Positions 15,442 through 25,477 of a stretch of 64,000 bases of DNA are shown here, in pieces; position 1 is the stretch's first letter; the number at the start of each line of letters is the position of its first letter. The notes beneath the pieces were generated by a model that did no database searches, was not told the origin of the DNA, and worked only from the letters and a program-made list of their open reading frames with translations. The DNA comes from Myxococcota bacterium (GTDB lineage Bacteria > Myxococcota_A > UBA796 > UBA2385): contig JBIJDH010000006.1 in NCBI GenBank assembly GCA_044344255.1, forward strand, positions 1 to 64,000. Reading direction: 5' to 3'. A program made the translations under genes and the position numbers.

Positions 15442-16962
15442 TCACCAACCGAGGCCGGGCACGATCCAGGCGATGCCGGCGCCGGGCCCGCCGATGAGGA
15501 GGTCGCTCGTGCGGTCGCCGTTGGTGTCGCCGAGGCCGGCGAGGGCGCTGCCGGCCGCGCCGCCGACGAGGTCTCCCGAGAAGCGGGCGTCGGCGACGCG
15601 GACGGAGAGGGTGCCGCCCACCGGACAGAGGAAGAGCGCCACGTCGCCGCCCTCCGCGACCCCCCGGTCAGATCCCGGCGCGCCGAGCATGATGTCGTCG
15701 AAGCCGTCGCCGTCGGTGTCTCCGGCCCCCGCCACCGCCCAGCCGAGGCGGTCGTTCGGCTGCCCGCCGGTGAAGGTGGCGGTGGCCTCGGCGAGGGTGT
15801 GGCGCTGGAGTGGGTCCTGGAGGAGGTAGGCGGCGCCCGCCGAGAAGTCGGGGGTGTCGCGACCGTAGGCCCCGAGGAGGACGTCGTCGCGGCCGTCGCC
15901 GTCGGTGTCGCCGGCGCTGGCCACCGACCAGCCGAGCGCGTCCCAAGTGGCCTCGCCCGACCAGGTGCGGTCGGCGTCGGCGAGGGTGACGGTGCCCCGC
16001 TGGGGCCCGAGGAGGAGGTAGGCCCGGCCGGTGAAGCCGCGCGAGCCCCAGGCCCCGACGAGGGTGTCGTCGAGGCCGTCCCCGTCGACGTCGCCCGCCG
16101 AGGAGAGCGCGGTGCCGGCGAAGTCTCCGCCGGCCTCGCCCTCGAACAGCGCCTCGGCAGAGGAGAGAGGGCGGTCGAGGGGCACCGGCCCGAGCAGGAG
16201 GGCGACGAGGCCGGCGTGGGCGCCCCCGTCCCCGCGGGGCAGACCGAGGAGGAGGTCGGCGCGGCCGTCTCCGTTGGTGTCGCCGGGGCCGGCGACGGTG
16301 AGGCCGAGGCCGCCCTCGACCTCGACGCCGAAGATCCGGACGTCGGCGATCTCATCGACGGGGAAGGCCCCGATCAGCGGCCCGCCGACGAGCCAGGCCA
16401 CCCCCGCCGCCGCGGGCAGCCCGGGCCCGGAGAGCGCGCCGACCAGCAGGTCATCGTAGCCGTCCCCATCGACATCTCCGAGCCCCGCCACCGAGCGGCC
16501 GAGGTCCTCTCCGGGCCGCGGGCTCGAGAGGGTGGCGTCGGCGTCTTCGGGCAGGACCTCGCCGTCGAGCGGCCCGAGGAAGACCGACACCGCGCCGCCG
16601 CCCGCCTTGCGGGAGGCGACGAGGAGGTCGGAGAGCCCATCGCGGTTGAGGTCGCCGGCGCCGGAGAGCGCGCGGCCCGTCTCGGCGACCGCGCTCCCGA
16701 GGACCCGCCCGGTCACCTCGGAGAGGGAGCGATCGCCGGACAGCGAGCAGTCGCCGGGGCGGCCGTCGCAGTCCTCGTCCCGGCCGCTGCCGCAGCGCTC
16801 GGCCGCGCCCGGGTGCACCTCGGGGGCCTCGTCGTCGCAGTCTCCCGCCTCGGCGCTGAAGCCGTCCCCGTCCTGATCTTCGGCGTCTGGCGCCCTGCGC
16901 GGCGCAGCGGCCGTGTTGCCCGGGGCGGGGCAGGCGAGGGAGAGGACGAGCCAGAGGAGCAT
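15442..16962 (-). CDS. FG-GAP/integrin-alpha repeat protein with MopE-related motif
   Basis: DQDGDGF...DCDD...HPGAAERC..DEDCDG, then repeated AGDxDGDGxDD.LVGA. Confidence 0.9.
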   Translation of the reverse strand: MLLWLVLSLACPAPGNTAAAPRRAPDAEDQDGDGFSAEAGDCDDEAPEVHPGAAERCGSGRDEDCDGRPGDCSLSGDRSLSEVTGRVLGSAVAETGRALSGAGDLNRDGLSDLLVASRKAGGGAVSVFLGPLDGEVLPEDADATLSSPRPGEDLGRSVAGLGDVDGDGYDDLLVGALSGPGLPAAAGVAWLVGGPLIGAFPVDEIADVRIFGVEVEGGLGLTVAGPGDTNGDGRADLLLGLPRGDGGAHAGLVALLLGPVPLDRPLSSAEALFEGEAGGDFAGTALSSAGDVDGDGLDDTLVGAWGSRGFTGRAYLLLGPQRGTVTLADADRTWSGEATWDALGWSVASAGDTDGDGRDDVLLGAYGRDTPDFSAGAAYLLQDPLQRHTLAEATATFTGGQPNDRLGWAVAGAGDTDGDGFDDIMLGAPGSDRGVAEGGDVALFLCPVGGTLSVRVADARFSGDLVGGAAGSALAGLGDTNGDRTSDLLIGGPGAGIAWIVPGLGW

Positions 16963-16988
16963 CCGCGCAGCCTACCCGGCGGCTCCGC

Positions 16989-17795
16989 TCAGTCCCAGCT
17001 TCCGCCCTCGGCGATCCAGCGCGTGAGGAGGGCGACCTCTTCGGCGGAGAGCGGGTCACCCTTGGCGGGCATGAAGTCCTCGTCATCGGTGGGGAGCCTC
17101 ACCCGCGCGAGGAGGAGGCTCTTGTCGGGGTCGCCGGGGACGAGGGCCGGGCCGTCATCGCCGCCCTTCAACATCCCCTCGCGGCTGTCCAGGCGGAGGC
17201 CCCCCTTCTGCTTCTTGCCGTCGTGGCACTTCCAGCAGGAGCGGCGGAGCAGGGGCCGGACGTCGCGGCGGAAGAGCAGGGGCTCACCGGCCGCCGGGCC
17301 GGCCGTGGCCTGCGCGCCGGGGGCCTCGAGCGCGACGAGCTGGGGGAGGGTCGGGTGGGGCCCGTCCGCGGCCTCGGTCGCCCACAGGTGCCCGGGCCCC
17401 TCGCTCACCTCGGCGCCGAGGTAGCCGACGCCGAGGACACCGAGCCCGCCGAGCAAGGCGACGAGCCGGCCGAGCACGGGCAGGGCGCCCCGACGGGCGT
17501 GGAGGAGGAGGGCGCCGACCGTCGCGGCCCCGGCGACGCCGACGCCGCCCCAGCGGTGGAGGTCGAGCAGGCGGGCGGCGGCGCCGCCGTGGGCCTCGGC
17601 GTCGGCGAGCAGCCAGCCGGCCGCCGCGGCGAGGAGGGCCGCGGCCGCTCCGATCCCGAAGAGGCCGCGGAGCGCCGCCTCGGCCCCGGCGTTGCGGCGA
17701 ACGACGGGCAGCCACAGCCCCAGGCCGGCGATCAGGAGGAGCGCGATGGGGAAGTGGACCAGGGCGGGGTGCAGGCGGCCCAGCAGGACGACCAT
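16989..17795 (-). CDS. DUF2231 membrane domain + planctomycete-type cytochrome c domain
   Basis: GRLHPALVHFPIALL; CWKCH...KGGLRLD...VPGDPDKSLL...MP; start trimmed to ATG 17795. Confidence 0.85.
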   Translation of the reverse strand: MVVLLGRLHPALVHFPIALLLIAGLGLWLPVVRRNAGAEAALRGLFGIGAAAALLAAAAGWLLADAEAHGGAAARLLDLHRWGGVGVAGAATVGALLLHARRGALPVLGRLVALLGGLGVLGVGYLGAEVSEGPGHLWATEAADGPHPTLPQLVALEAPGAQATAGPAAGEPLLFRRDVRPLLRRSCWKCHDGKKQKGGLRLDSREGMLKGGDDGPALVPGDPDKSLLLARVRLPTDDEDFMPAKGDPLSAEEVALLTRWIAEGGSWD

Positions 17796-17974
17796 GGGCG
17801 GCTCCATTTGTCCCCCGGTACACCGTTCGGCGGCCCTCCACAAGCGGGCGCCGGCGCGGGCGCGGGGGGCTCGATGGCCCGACCGGGTGGCTCGCGATAG
17901 GCCCGCCGCAGGGAGGCCCCCCTGGGAAACGAGCCTGTGAACCGAGAACCCTTCGCGCACACCCGGGGCGCCCG

Positions 17975-19255
17975 ATGAACCGCCGCGCCTTCGGCGCCCT
18001 CGGCCTGCTGGGCCTCGCCGGCTTGAGCCTGCCTCGGCTCGGCCGGTCCCAGGGCCCCCCGAAGCGGGGCCCCCGCTACGTCGTCCAGCTCTTCCTCCGC
18101 GGCGGGGTCGACGCGGTCTACACCTTTGACCCCAAGACCCGCGATGAGGTCGAGGCGCGGGTAGACGTCCCCTACGGGCCGGGCGGGGTGCGCGAAGCGG
18201 GGCGGCTGCTCCTCGGGCCCCACTTCTATGAGCTCGAGCGCCACGCGGACCGCCTCGCCTTCTTACGCGGCGTGCAGGTCAAGACGGCCAACCACGAGAG
18301 CGGGGCCTTTCAGTTCTTGCGGATGAAGGCGCCCGCCTCGCCCGATCTGCCCTCTCTGCTCGACGTCATCGGCCGGGAGCGGGACGGTCAGCCCCTGTCC
18401 TCGGTCACCTTCGGCGACATCGCCTCTTACGAATATTCGCAGGGTCACTTCGGCGGGCCCACCGCGGACTCCGATCGCACCATCCTCGATCGCATCGACA
18501 AGCTCGGTGACGGCGACGCCGCGCTCCTGTCGCGGGTCTATGCGCGGCACCTCGACGACCTGTCCGCGTGGGCGCCCGGCCCGCAGCGGGAGGTGAGCCG
18601 AGCGCACCTCCAGCAGGTCCAGGCCCTCTTCACCCGCCTCGAGGACGTGCCCCGCTTCAAGCCGATGCCCTGGGGGCAGAACCTCTTGGGACAGGAGGGC
18701 AAGGCGGGGCAGGAGGCGGCGGTCGACAAGATCTCGGAGGACCTCCAGCGCGCCCTCTGGTGGTTGGAGAACGACCTCAGTCGGGGGGTCTATGTGAAGG
18801 TGTTCCTCGACTGGGACAGCCACTTCGACAACGCCAAGAAGCAGGCCTCCGCCACGCCGGGCTTCGCCTATCGGCTGGGGCGCTTCTTCGATGAGCTGTT
18901 GGCGCGAAAGAACGCGCACGGTCGCCTCTTTGACAACACGCTCGTCGTGCTCGGGAGCGAGCTCGGCCGCTTCCCGCAGATCAACGGAAACGACGGCAAG
19001 GACCACTTCCCCGAGACCTCGCTCGCCTTCTTTGGCGGGGCGGTCCGCGGCTCGGGTGAGGCGGGCCACCCCTTCGGCCAGACCGGCCGGATGATGGAGG
19101 GCCTGCCGATCTCCCTCGACACGGGCCGGCCGGCCGACGGCGGGGTGCTCGTGAACATCGATGACGTGGGCACCACCCTCCTCGGCCTCTGCGGCATCGA
19201 CCCCGAGCTCGTCGGGTACCGCGGCCGCCACCTCGGCTTCTTGGAGCGCGCGTGA
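17975..19255 (+). CDS. DUF1501 domain protein, Tat-exported
   Basis: MNRRAF twin-Arg; FLRGGVD, WDSH, SELGRFP, GKDHFP. Confidence 0.88.
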   Translation: MNRRAFGALGLLGLAGLSLPRLGRSQGPPKRGPRYVVQLFLRGGVDAVYTFDPKTRDEVEARVDVPYGPGGVREAGRLLLGPHFYELERHADRLAFLRGVQVKTANHESGAFQFLRMKAPASPDLPSLLDVIGRERDGQPLSSVTFGDIASYEYSQGHFGGPTADSDRTILDRIDKLGDGDAALLSRVYARHLDDLSAWAPGPQREVSRAHLQQVQALFTRLEDVPRFKPMPWGQNLLGQEGKAGQEAAVDKISEDLQRALWWLENDLSRGVYVKVFLDWDSHFDNAKKQASATPGFAYRLGRFFDELLARKNAHGRLFDNTLVVLGSELGRFPQINGNDGKDHFPETSLAFFGGAVRGSGEAGHPFGQTGRMMEGLPISLDTGRPADGGVLVNIDDVGTTLLGLCGIDPELVGYRGRHLGFLERA

Positions 19256-21213
19256 GGCTCACCCCGCTCCTCTTCGTGCTGTCCGCCTGCGCGACCGTGC
19301 CGGCGCCCCCCGCGGCGACGGTCGACCTCGTACAAGACCTCTCCCTCCTGGCCAACGGCCGGCCCCTGGCGCAGGGGGAGGCCGACACCCTCGCGCGCGG
19401 CCTGGAGGACGGCAGCCAGCCCCTCGACGCGGTCATCGATCGCCTCCTCCAAGACCCCGCCCTCGGTGACACCGTGGCCAAGGGCATCCTGCTCGGGCCC
19501 CAGTCGACCAAGGCGCGCCACCCGGTGCCCGAGCACTCGGTGCTGCGCACCTTCGAGGGGCCCAGCGGGGCCTCGATCTACTACCTGGCCGAGCGCTGCG
19601 CGCCGGGGGCGGCGGTGTCGGTGAGCCCGTGGTGGGCGCCCTCGACGCAGGTCTCGGTCTGTCCGAGCGCCTATCAGCCCGACACGATGGGAGACGCCGA
19701 GGGGCGGACCTGCGGGGCGACCACGCTGGCGCCGCGAGAGGCGGACGCCCAGGCCGGGCGGGGCTGTGGCTGTGGGCCGCGGCTGATCTTCTGCGCGCGG
19801 GACGCGGAGATGGCGGGGGACATGCGGGAGAGCGCCCAAGCGGAGGTCGACGACACGCTGGCGCTGGTGATCAACGAGGACCTCCCGATCGAGCAGCTCT
19901 TCCTCATCAACGAGACGGTGCGCGACCGCAACGCGGAGCTGCTCTATCGGCGGGCCCGCATCGCCGCCGGAGAGCCCGACACGCTCGTGGCGATGGAGGG
20001 CTTCTCGGCGGAGCGCCGCCTCGCCCCGCGGAGCGAGCAGGTGCCGGGGCAGCAGGCGGGCATCCTCACGGCCCCCTCGGTCATCTATGGCTCAGACGCC
20101 CTGCGCGGCGTGCTCCGAAATTATTACGACTACCTGTGGTGCGCGGGCGCCAGCAGCTCGCGGGTGACCACCGCCGCCGTGCTCGGCCTCGCGGTGGTCG
20201 ATCTCCGCGAGGGGGACGGCTGGAGGCAGCTCGCCGGGATGGAGGTCTGCACGGACTGCCACGCCCGCCTCGACTACGGCATGCAGTTCTTCTCCGGCTA
20301 CCCGTCCTCGACGCGGGGGATTGACTTTCGCCCGAAGGCCGTCCAGCCGGGGACGGGGCCGCTCTATGTCCAGAACATCGACGACTACCGGGGAGACGGG
20401 CCGCTCACCCCCCAAGGCTTCGCCCAGCTCGCCCTCCAGCAGCCGGAATTCGGGGAGTGTGTGACCCGCAAGGTGGTAGACGCCGTGTTCAGCGGGAGCT
20501 CGAGCCCCGATGATGTCGATGCCGTCTACTCCACCTTCACCGAGACCCACTCCTTCCGCTCGATGATGGCGACGGCGCTGCACCGCTTCGCCGTCGGCAG
20601 CCTGTCGGGCGCGCTGGCCGACCCCGCCGAGGCGCCGAGCCTGCCCGAGCCCCACACCCGGGTGGAAGACTCCGCTATCCCCCTGCCCGATGCGCTGATC
20701 ACGGCGGTGGACAACCACTGCGCCCACTGCCACGACGGCGCCGATGTCTTTGACCTCGGCGAGTCGGGCTACGGCCGCGCCACCCTGCTCACCATGCTCG
20801 AGCAGGTCGCCTTTCGACAGATGCCGCCCACCGCCGAGGGCCTCGCTCCCGAGGAGCGGCGGCGCTTCGTCGAGGCGCTGGTGGCCGAGCTCTGGGCGGC
20901 GCCCGCGGATCGGGAGGCGGCGCTGTCCTTCTACGAAGGCGGCCTGCGGGCCCATCCTGTGCACGAGTTCCGGAGCTCCCTCGAGACCGCAGGGCTCCGG
21001 GCGGGCGGCGAGGCGGGGCCCCGCTACCGCTCGGTCGAGAGCGCCGTCCCCAAGCGACTCCAGCGATACACCCCCGGCTTCGCGGCCGCCACCGGCCTCG
21101 CCGCGCTGCAGGTGTGTAAGGAGGAGGGGAAGGTGGGCGCGGCCCTGGAGGACTGTGTCGCCGCGGCCAGCGCGCCGGAGGCCTATGTGGTGGGCGACGT
21201 CCGAGCCCGTTGA
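19252..21213 (+). CDS. Cys-rich diheme c lipoprotein (DUF1588/DUF1585-like core + cytochrome c domain)
   Basis: Lipobox LSAC; AGILT, CTDCHARLD, CAHCH...MPP; GTGA overlap with the DUF1501 gene. Confidence 0.75.
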   Translation: MRLTPLLFVLSACATVPAPPAATVDLVQDLSLLANGRPLAQGEADTLARGLEDGSQPLDAVIDRLLQDPALGDTVAKGILLGPQSTKARHPVPEHSVLRTFEGPSGASIYYLAERCAPGAAVSVSPWWAPSTQVSVCPSAYQPDTMGDAEGRTCGATTLAPREADAQAGRGCGCGPRLIFCARDAEMAGDMRESAQAEVDDTLALVINEDLPIEQLFLINETVRDRNAELLYRRARIAAGEPDTLVAMEGFSAERRLAPRSEQVPGQQAGILTAPSVIYGSDALRGVLRNYYDYLWCAGASSSRVTTAAVLGLAVVDLREGDGWRQLAGMEVCTDCHARLDYGMQFFSGYPSSTRGIDFRPKAVQPGTGPLYVQNIDDYRGDGPLTPQGFAQLALQQPEFGECVTRKVVDAVFSGSSSPDDVDAVYSTFTETHSFRSMMATALHRFAVGSLSGALADPAEAPSLPEPHTRVEDSAIPLPDALITAVDNHCAHCHDGADVFDLGESGYGRATLLTMLEQVAFRQMPPTAEGLAPEERRRFVEALVAELWAAPADREAALSFYEGGLRAHPVHEFRSSLETAGLRAGGEAGPRYRSVESAVPKRLQRYTPGFAAATGLAALQVCKEEGKVGAALEDCVAAASAPEAYVVGDVRAR

Positions 21214-21230
21214 CCTCGGGCGGGGGCGGC

Positions 21231-22328
21231 TCAGCCCGGATCGGGCAGCGCCGCGACCCAGTCGGTGAGGGCGCGGGTGACGAGGCGGTTGTAGGCCTCC
21301 GTGGGGTGGCCGTTGGCGGGGTCGATCCAGTCCTCGACCCGCAGCGGGCCGTCCGCCTGCTCCACGGCCCGGAGGAGGTCGCGCGTCCAGACCACCGTCT
21401 CAGCGTGTCGGCGTTGGAGCGCGCCCTCGAGCGCCGCGTCCCGCCAGTCTCCGGCGCCGGTCAAGGTGCGGTGGTGCCCCGGGTGGTGAGGGTTGAAGAT
21501 GACCCACAGCCGCGGGTGGTCACCCGCGTCGAGGGCGGCGATGATCCGCTCGATGAAGGCGGCGTTGAGCGCGGCGAGCTCGGCCTCGTGGGCCTCGGAG
21601 CGGCGCAGCGCCCGCCGCCAGGCCTCCGGGGTCCAGGCGGAGAAGAGGAGGCGGCGGCCGCTCCACCAGCGGATGCTCGGCTCGGCGGCGCTGAACCAGG
21701 CCCAGGCGTCCTTCGCGATCGGCGGCCCACGGGAGACGATCCCAGAATCCGTTAGGGAGAAACATGGTTTTTGACCGACGCGCACGCAGAGGGAGGCGCG
21801 GTCGAGGTCGAGCGGCATGATGGAGATCACCACCGGCGCCCCGGGGTGGAGGGGGAGGGAGCCCTCGGCGAGCACCATCACCTGATCGAGGCCGTAGCCC
21901 CCCACGCCGTAGTTGAGCAGCCGGTGATCCTGAACAAAAAGGGGGTGCTCGGCGGTGAGCTCCTCGAAGCAGGGCACGCCGTCGACGCAGGCCGCGAAGC
22001 TGTCGCCGTAGAGCAACACCGGGCGCCGACCGGCGAGGGCGGCGGCGTCGTGGTGCTCCAGGGTCTCCCGGTCGAACTGATAGACCCAGCCGAGCGCGGG
22101 CTGGGTGGTGCCGGGGGGCTCGTAGCGCCGATCCCACTTGAAGTAGAGGATCCAATAGTCGTCGTCCCGCTCGGGATCCGCGTACATGCCGGGCACCCGC
22201 CAGGCCTCGCTCGGGCTGTGGGGGCTGAAGAGGAAGAAGCGGAGGCCGAGCTCTACCGTGCCCAGGGCCAGGAGCCCACCCCCGAGGGCGAGGCCGAGCA
22301 AGGACCAATTCTGTCCGCGTTTCGACAC
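21231..22328 (-). CDS. Membrane-anchored SGNH/GDSL-like protein
   Basis: N-terminal TM (VELGLR); GDSF, NYGVGGYGLDQ, GHPT. Confidence 0.75.
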   Translation of the reverse strand: MSKRGQNWSLLGLALGGGLLALGTVELGLRFFLFSPHSPSEAWRVPGMYADPERDDDYWILYFKWDRRYEPPGTTQPALGWVYQFDRETLEHHDAAALAGRRPVLLYGDSFAACVDGVPCFEELTAEHPLFVQDHRLLNYGVGGYGLDQVMVLAEGSLPLHPGAPVVISIMPLDLDRASLCVRVGQKPCFSLTDSGIVSRGPPIAKDAWAWFSAAEPSIRWWSGRRLLFSAWTPEAWRRALRRSEAHEAELAALNAAFIERIIAALDAGDHPRLWVIFNPHHPGHHRTLTGAGDWRDAALEGALQRRHAETVVWTRDLLRAVEQADGPLRVEDWIDPANGHPTEAYNRLVTRALTDWVAALPDPG

Positions 22329-22370
22329 GACGGCCCCTCCGATCCGTTAAGCGGTGGGGGTGAGGACACC

Positions 22371-22967
22371 ATGGCCCGAGCCCGATCCACCGCTACCCCA
22401 TCCCCGCTTTCTACTCCCCCCCCGCTTGCGACCCCATCGGCAGGCCCTCCCGTTGACCCGACGGTCGAGCCTGAGCCCGAGCTCGGTGAGGGAGGCGAGC
22501 GCGACCCTTACCCCGATATCTCCCTCCCCCGGCGCTGGCGGCGGGCCGGCTGGACAGCCCAGGTGGTCAAGAACAGCGATGACGACGGCTGGGCCGTCGA
22601 GATGACCCGGGTGGGCGACGAGGAGCCCTCCCTCGTCGGCCCCTGGACGATGGGGCGCGACAAGAAGAACCCGAAGCCGCTTGACCTCTCCGCCTTCAAC
22701 ACGCTCGTCAAGACCGCGAGCGAGGTCATCCGGCGCCACGAGCAGGCCGAGCACGCCCGCCTGCACAAGAGCTTCCGGTACACCAACGCGGAGGGCACCA
22801 ACGTCTGGGCCAAGCTCGACGTCGTCGCCGATGAGGACGATCCCCACGCCATCCTCCAGTGTGTCGTCGCCGAGACGGGCGAGCTCATCGCCGAGGGGCG
22901 CGTGCGCCCCAACGCCCGGCTGGACGCCCGCTCGGTCGATCGGTTCCTCAGCACCGGCGAGCTGTAG
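22371..22967 (+). CDS. Conserved hypothetical protein
   Basis: GAGGA RBS + ATG 22371; VVKNSDDDGWAV...VGPWTMGRDKKNPKPLD. Confidence 0.7.
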   Translation: MARARSTATPSPLSTPPPLATPSAGPPVDPTVEPEPELGEGGERDPYPDISLPRRWRRAGWTAQVVKNSDDDGWAVEMTRVGDEEPSLVGPWTMGRDKKNPKPLDLSAFNTLVKTASEVIRRHEQAEHARLHKSFRYTNAEGTNVWAKLDVVADEDDPHAILQCVVAETGELIAEGRVRPNARLDARSVDRFLSTGEL

Positions 22968-23086
22968 CCGCCCGGCGAGGACGGTATGACGCCGCGCAGC
23001 TCCTGGGCGAACGAGAAGATGGCGGACCGGCTTCGGTCGGCCTACCCTGGCCCCGTACCCATTCCACCCTCGGACGGAGCCCTCGC

Positions 23087-23440
23087 ATGACCCGCCTCCT
23101 CTTCGGCAGCCTCTTCGTGTTCGCCCTCACCGCCTGTGGAGACAAGGAGGAGGGCGACGACACCGCCGGCTCGGACGGCGCCGACGGCGGTGGCGGCGGC
23201 TACTGCGGCGACGCCAACGCCTGCTGCGACTACGTCAACGCCGTGCTCGGCTGCTACGAGCAGCTCGGCTACGACGTGACCATGGCCGGCCTCGATGAGA
23301 CCGCCTGCACCGGCTACGACGCGGCCGCAGACCCCTACTTCACCTGCCTCGCCGAGGTGTGGAACGGCTACACCTGTGAGAACCCGGAAGACATCTCCAA
23401 CGCGGCGACCCAGGCCGCCACCGAGTGTGTCGCCGGCTGA
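23087..23440 (+). CDS. Small Cys-rich lipoprotein
   Basis: GGAG RBS, lipobox LTAC, DTAGSDGADGG linker, multiple Cys. Confidence 0.75.
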   Translation: MTRLLFGSLFVFALTACGDKEEGDDTAGSDGADGGGGGYCGDANACCDYVNAVLGCYEQLGYDVTMAGLDETACTGYDAAADPYFTCLAEVWNGYTCENPEDISNAATQAATECVAG

Positions 23441-23459
23441 GCCTGCGAGAGGGCTCGAA

Positions 23460-24446
23460 TCAGCCCGGTGAGGCCGGCTCGTCGCCCATCGGCGGCGCCG
23501 CCCGCTCCCGATAGGTGCGGTCCCAGAGGCTGCGGCGACCGTCGAAGAGGAAGCCCACGAAGGTGCCGAGCCAGGAGCCGGACTGGGCGAGGCCGCTGTA
23601 GTGCTCGGGGGCCATCCGCGTCAGCGCGGGGAGGCGGAGCCACGGCACCGAGGGCAGGTCGTGGTGCTCGTTGTGGTAGCCGAGGTTGAAGACGAGGCGG
23701 TTGAAGGGGCCGTAGTAGCTGTTGGTCTGCTGCCCCTCCCGCAGGATCTCGTGCTCCTGGAGGAGTCGGATCGCCACCGGGTGCGGGCCGGCGGAGAAGT
23801 ACCAGGCGCTCAGGAGGTAGAGGAAGGCGGTGGGCCCGAGCGTGGTGATGACCGCCGCCGAGAAGCCGATCTGGATGGCCCAATTGAGCCCGAGCCAGGC
23901 CGGGGGAGAGGGGCGATCGTGGAGCAGCGCGGTCACCCGGCGGGCGTAGATGAAGGGGTGGGCGAGCAGCCAGAGCATCTTGCGCGCCGCGGAGTGCCCC
24001 ACCCACTTTGACTCGGCGTAGCGGGGCAGACCGAGGTCTTTGTCGTACTCCCCGATGTGGCTGTGGTGCTGCGAGTGGCCGACGATGAAGCGCTCGGCGA
24101 TCGGCACGATGATCGAGCTGTTGATCAGGTAGGCGATCAGCCGGTTGGCGCGCTTGCTGTGAAAGATCAGGCCGTGCGCCGCCTCGTGGATCATCACGAA
24201 GCAGGCAAACGAGATGAAGGCGCCCACGAAGTAGGCCACGAGGAGCACCAACGGGACGGGCGCGTCGCGCAGCAGGTAGGCCAGGAGGAGCTGGGCGGCG
24301 TTCAGCGAGAGGCCGACCACCGCGCTCCAGCGGGTGGGGCCGAGGAGCGCGCGGGCCTCCGGGTGGGCGTCCAGGATGGAGCGGGTGCGGGCGAGGTGGG
24401 GATCGGGGCCGGGCACATAGGTGTACTGATGTCGGGTCGCGCTCAT
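23460..24446 (-). CDS. Fatty acid desaturase, sphingolipid Delta4-desaturase (DES1)-like
   Basis: N-terminal PH..R...IL..HPE...L.G; His boxes HEAAH, HSQHH, HNEHH; SYYGPFN...FNLGY. Confidence 0.88.
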   Translation of the reverse strand: MSATRHQYTYVPGPDPHLARTRSILDAHPEARALLGPTRWSAVVGLSLNAAQLLLAYLLRDAPVPLVLLVAYFVGAFISFACFVMIHEAAHGLIFHSKRANRLIAYLINSSIIVPIAERFIVGHSQHHSHIGEYDKDLGLPRYAESKWVGHSAARKMLWLLAHPFIYARRVTALLHDRPSPPAWLGLNWAIQIGFSAAVITTLGPTAFLYLLSAWYFSAGPHPVAIRLLQEHEILREGQQTNSYYGPFNRLVFNLGYHNEHHDLPSVPWLRLPALTRMAPEHYSGLAQSGSWLGTFVGFLFDGRRSLWDRTYRERAAPPMGDEPASPG

Positions 24447-24552
24447 CCGTCGGGCCCCCTCCTCGGGGCGGGCTGAGCGTCTTCGCTCAATCTCCCTACG
24501 CCCATAGCGTGGGGGCGGATCTCTGCCAGCGAAGGTCTCCCCGAGCGCTGGC

Positions 24553-25302
24553 CTATCGGACGATCTGGAAGGGCCCGAAGGCCTGACAGCCCGCCATCAG
24601 CTCGATGCGGTTGATGTTGATGTGCGGGGGGCGGCTCACCACCCACCAGACGGTCTCGGCGATGTCGTCGGCGGAGATCGGGCTCAGCCCCTGATAGACC
24701 TTGCCCGCCCGCTCGGCGTCCCCCTTGAAGCGCACGAGAGAGAATTCGGTCTCGGCCAGGCCGGGCTCGATGTCGGTCACGCGGATGCCCTTGCTCACGA
24801 GGTCAGCGCGGAGGTTGAGGGCGAGCTGGGCGACGAAGGCCTTGGTCGCGCCATAGACATTTCCGCCCGGATAGGGATAGGACGCGGCGACCGAGCCCAT
24901 CGTGACGACGTGGCCGCCGCCGAGAGCGACCATCCCGGGGAGGGCCGCCCGCACGGTGTACATGAGCCCCTTCACGTTGGTGTCGACCATCGTGTCCCAG
25001 TCGTCGAGGTCGGCGCGGTCGGCGGGCTCGAGGCCGAGAGCCAGCCCGGCGTTGGCGATGAGGACATGGGGCGCGCGCCAGGCCTCGGGGAGCGCTGGCA
25101 GGGCGGCCTCGACGGCCTCGCGGTCTCGAACGTCGAGCACCTGGGGGTAGAAGGCGGGGCCGAGCTCCTCGGCCATGGCCTGGAGGCGCTCCGCTCGGCG
25201 GCCGGCGCCGATCACCCGCCACCCTTCGGTGATGAAGCGGCGGCTGATCGCCGCGCCAAAGCCGGAGGTCGCTCCGGTCACCCACACGATCCCGCTCTTC
25301 AT
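24553..25302 (-). CDS. SDR oxidoreductase, YdfG-like NADP-dependent 3-hydroxyacid dehydrogenase
   Basis: TGATSGFG, NAGLALG, YGATK, ETEFSLVRFKGD. Confidence 0.9.
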   Translation of the reverse strand: MKSGIVWVTGATSGFGAAISRRFITEGWRVIGAGRRAERLQAMAEELGPAFYPQVLDVRDREAVEAALPALPEAWRAPHVLIANAGLALGLEPADRADLDDWDTMVDTNVKGLMYTVRAALPGMVALGGGHVVTMGSVAASYPYPGGNVYGATKAFVAQLALNLRADLVSKGIRVTDIEPGLAETEFSLVRFKGDAERAGKVYQGLSPISADDIAETVWWVVSRPPHININRIELMAGCQAFGPFQIVR

Positions 25303-25477
25303 CGCAGCCTCCGTCGGGCCGGCCTAACGCGGTGAGCGCTTGGCCTCGTCGGCACGACGCGGCCGGGCGGGGAGGGGCACAAAGGGTAGACTAAAAGTGT
25401 GCGCAGCGTGTTCAAACTATGGACAGCGCATTCGGGCCAGGGTAGATCGACCGTGTCCCGCCGCCCTCGGAGCGCTC

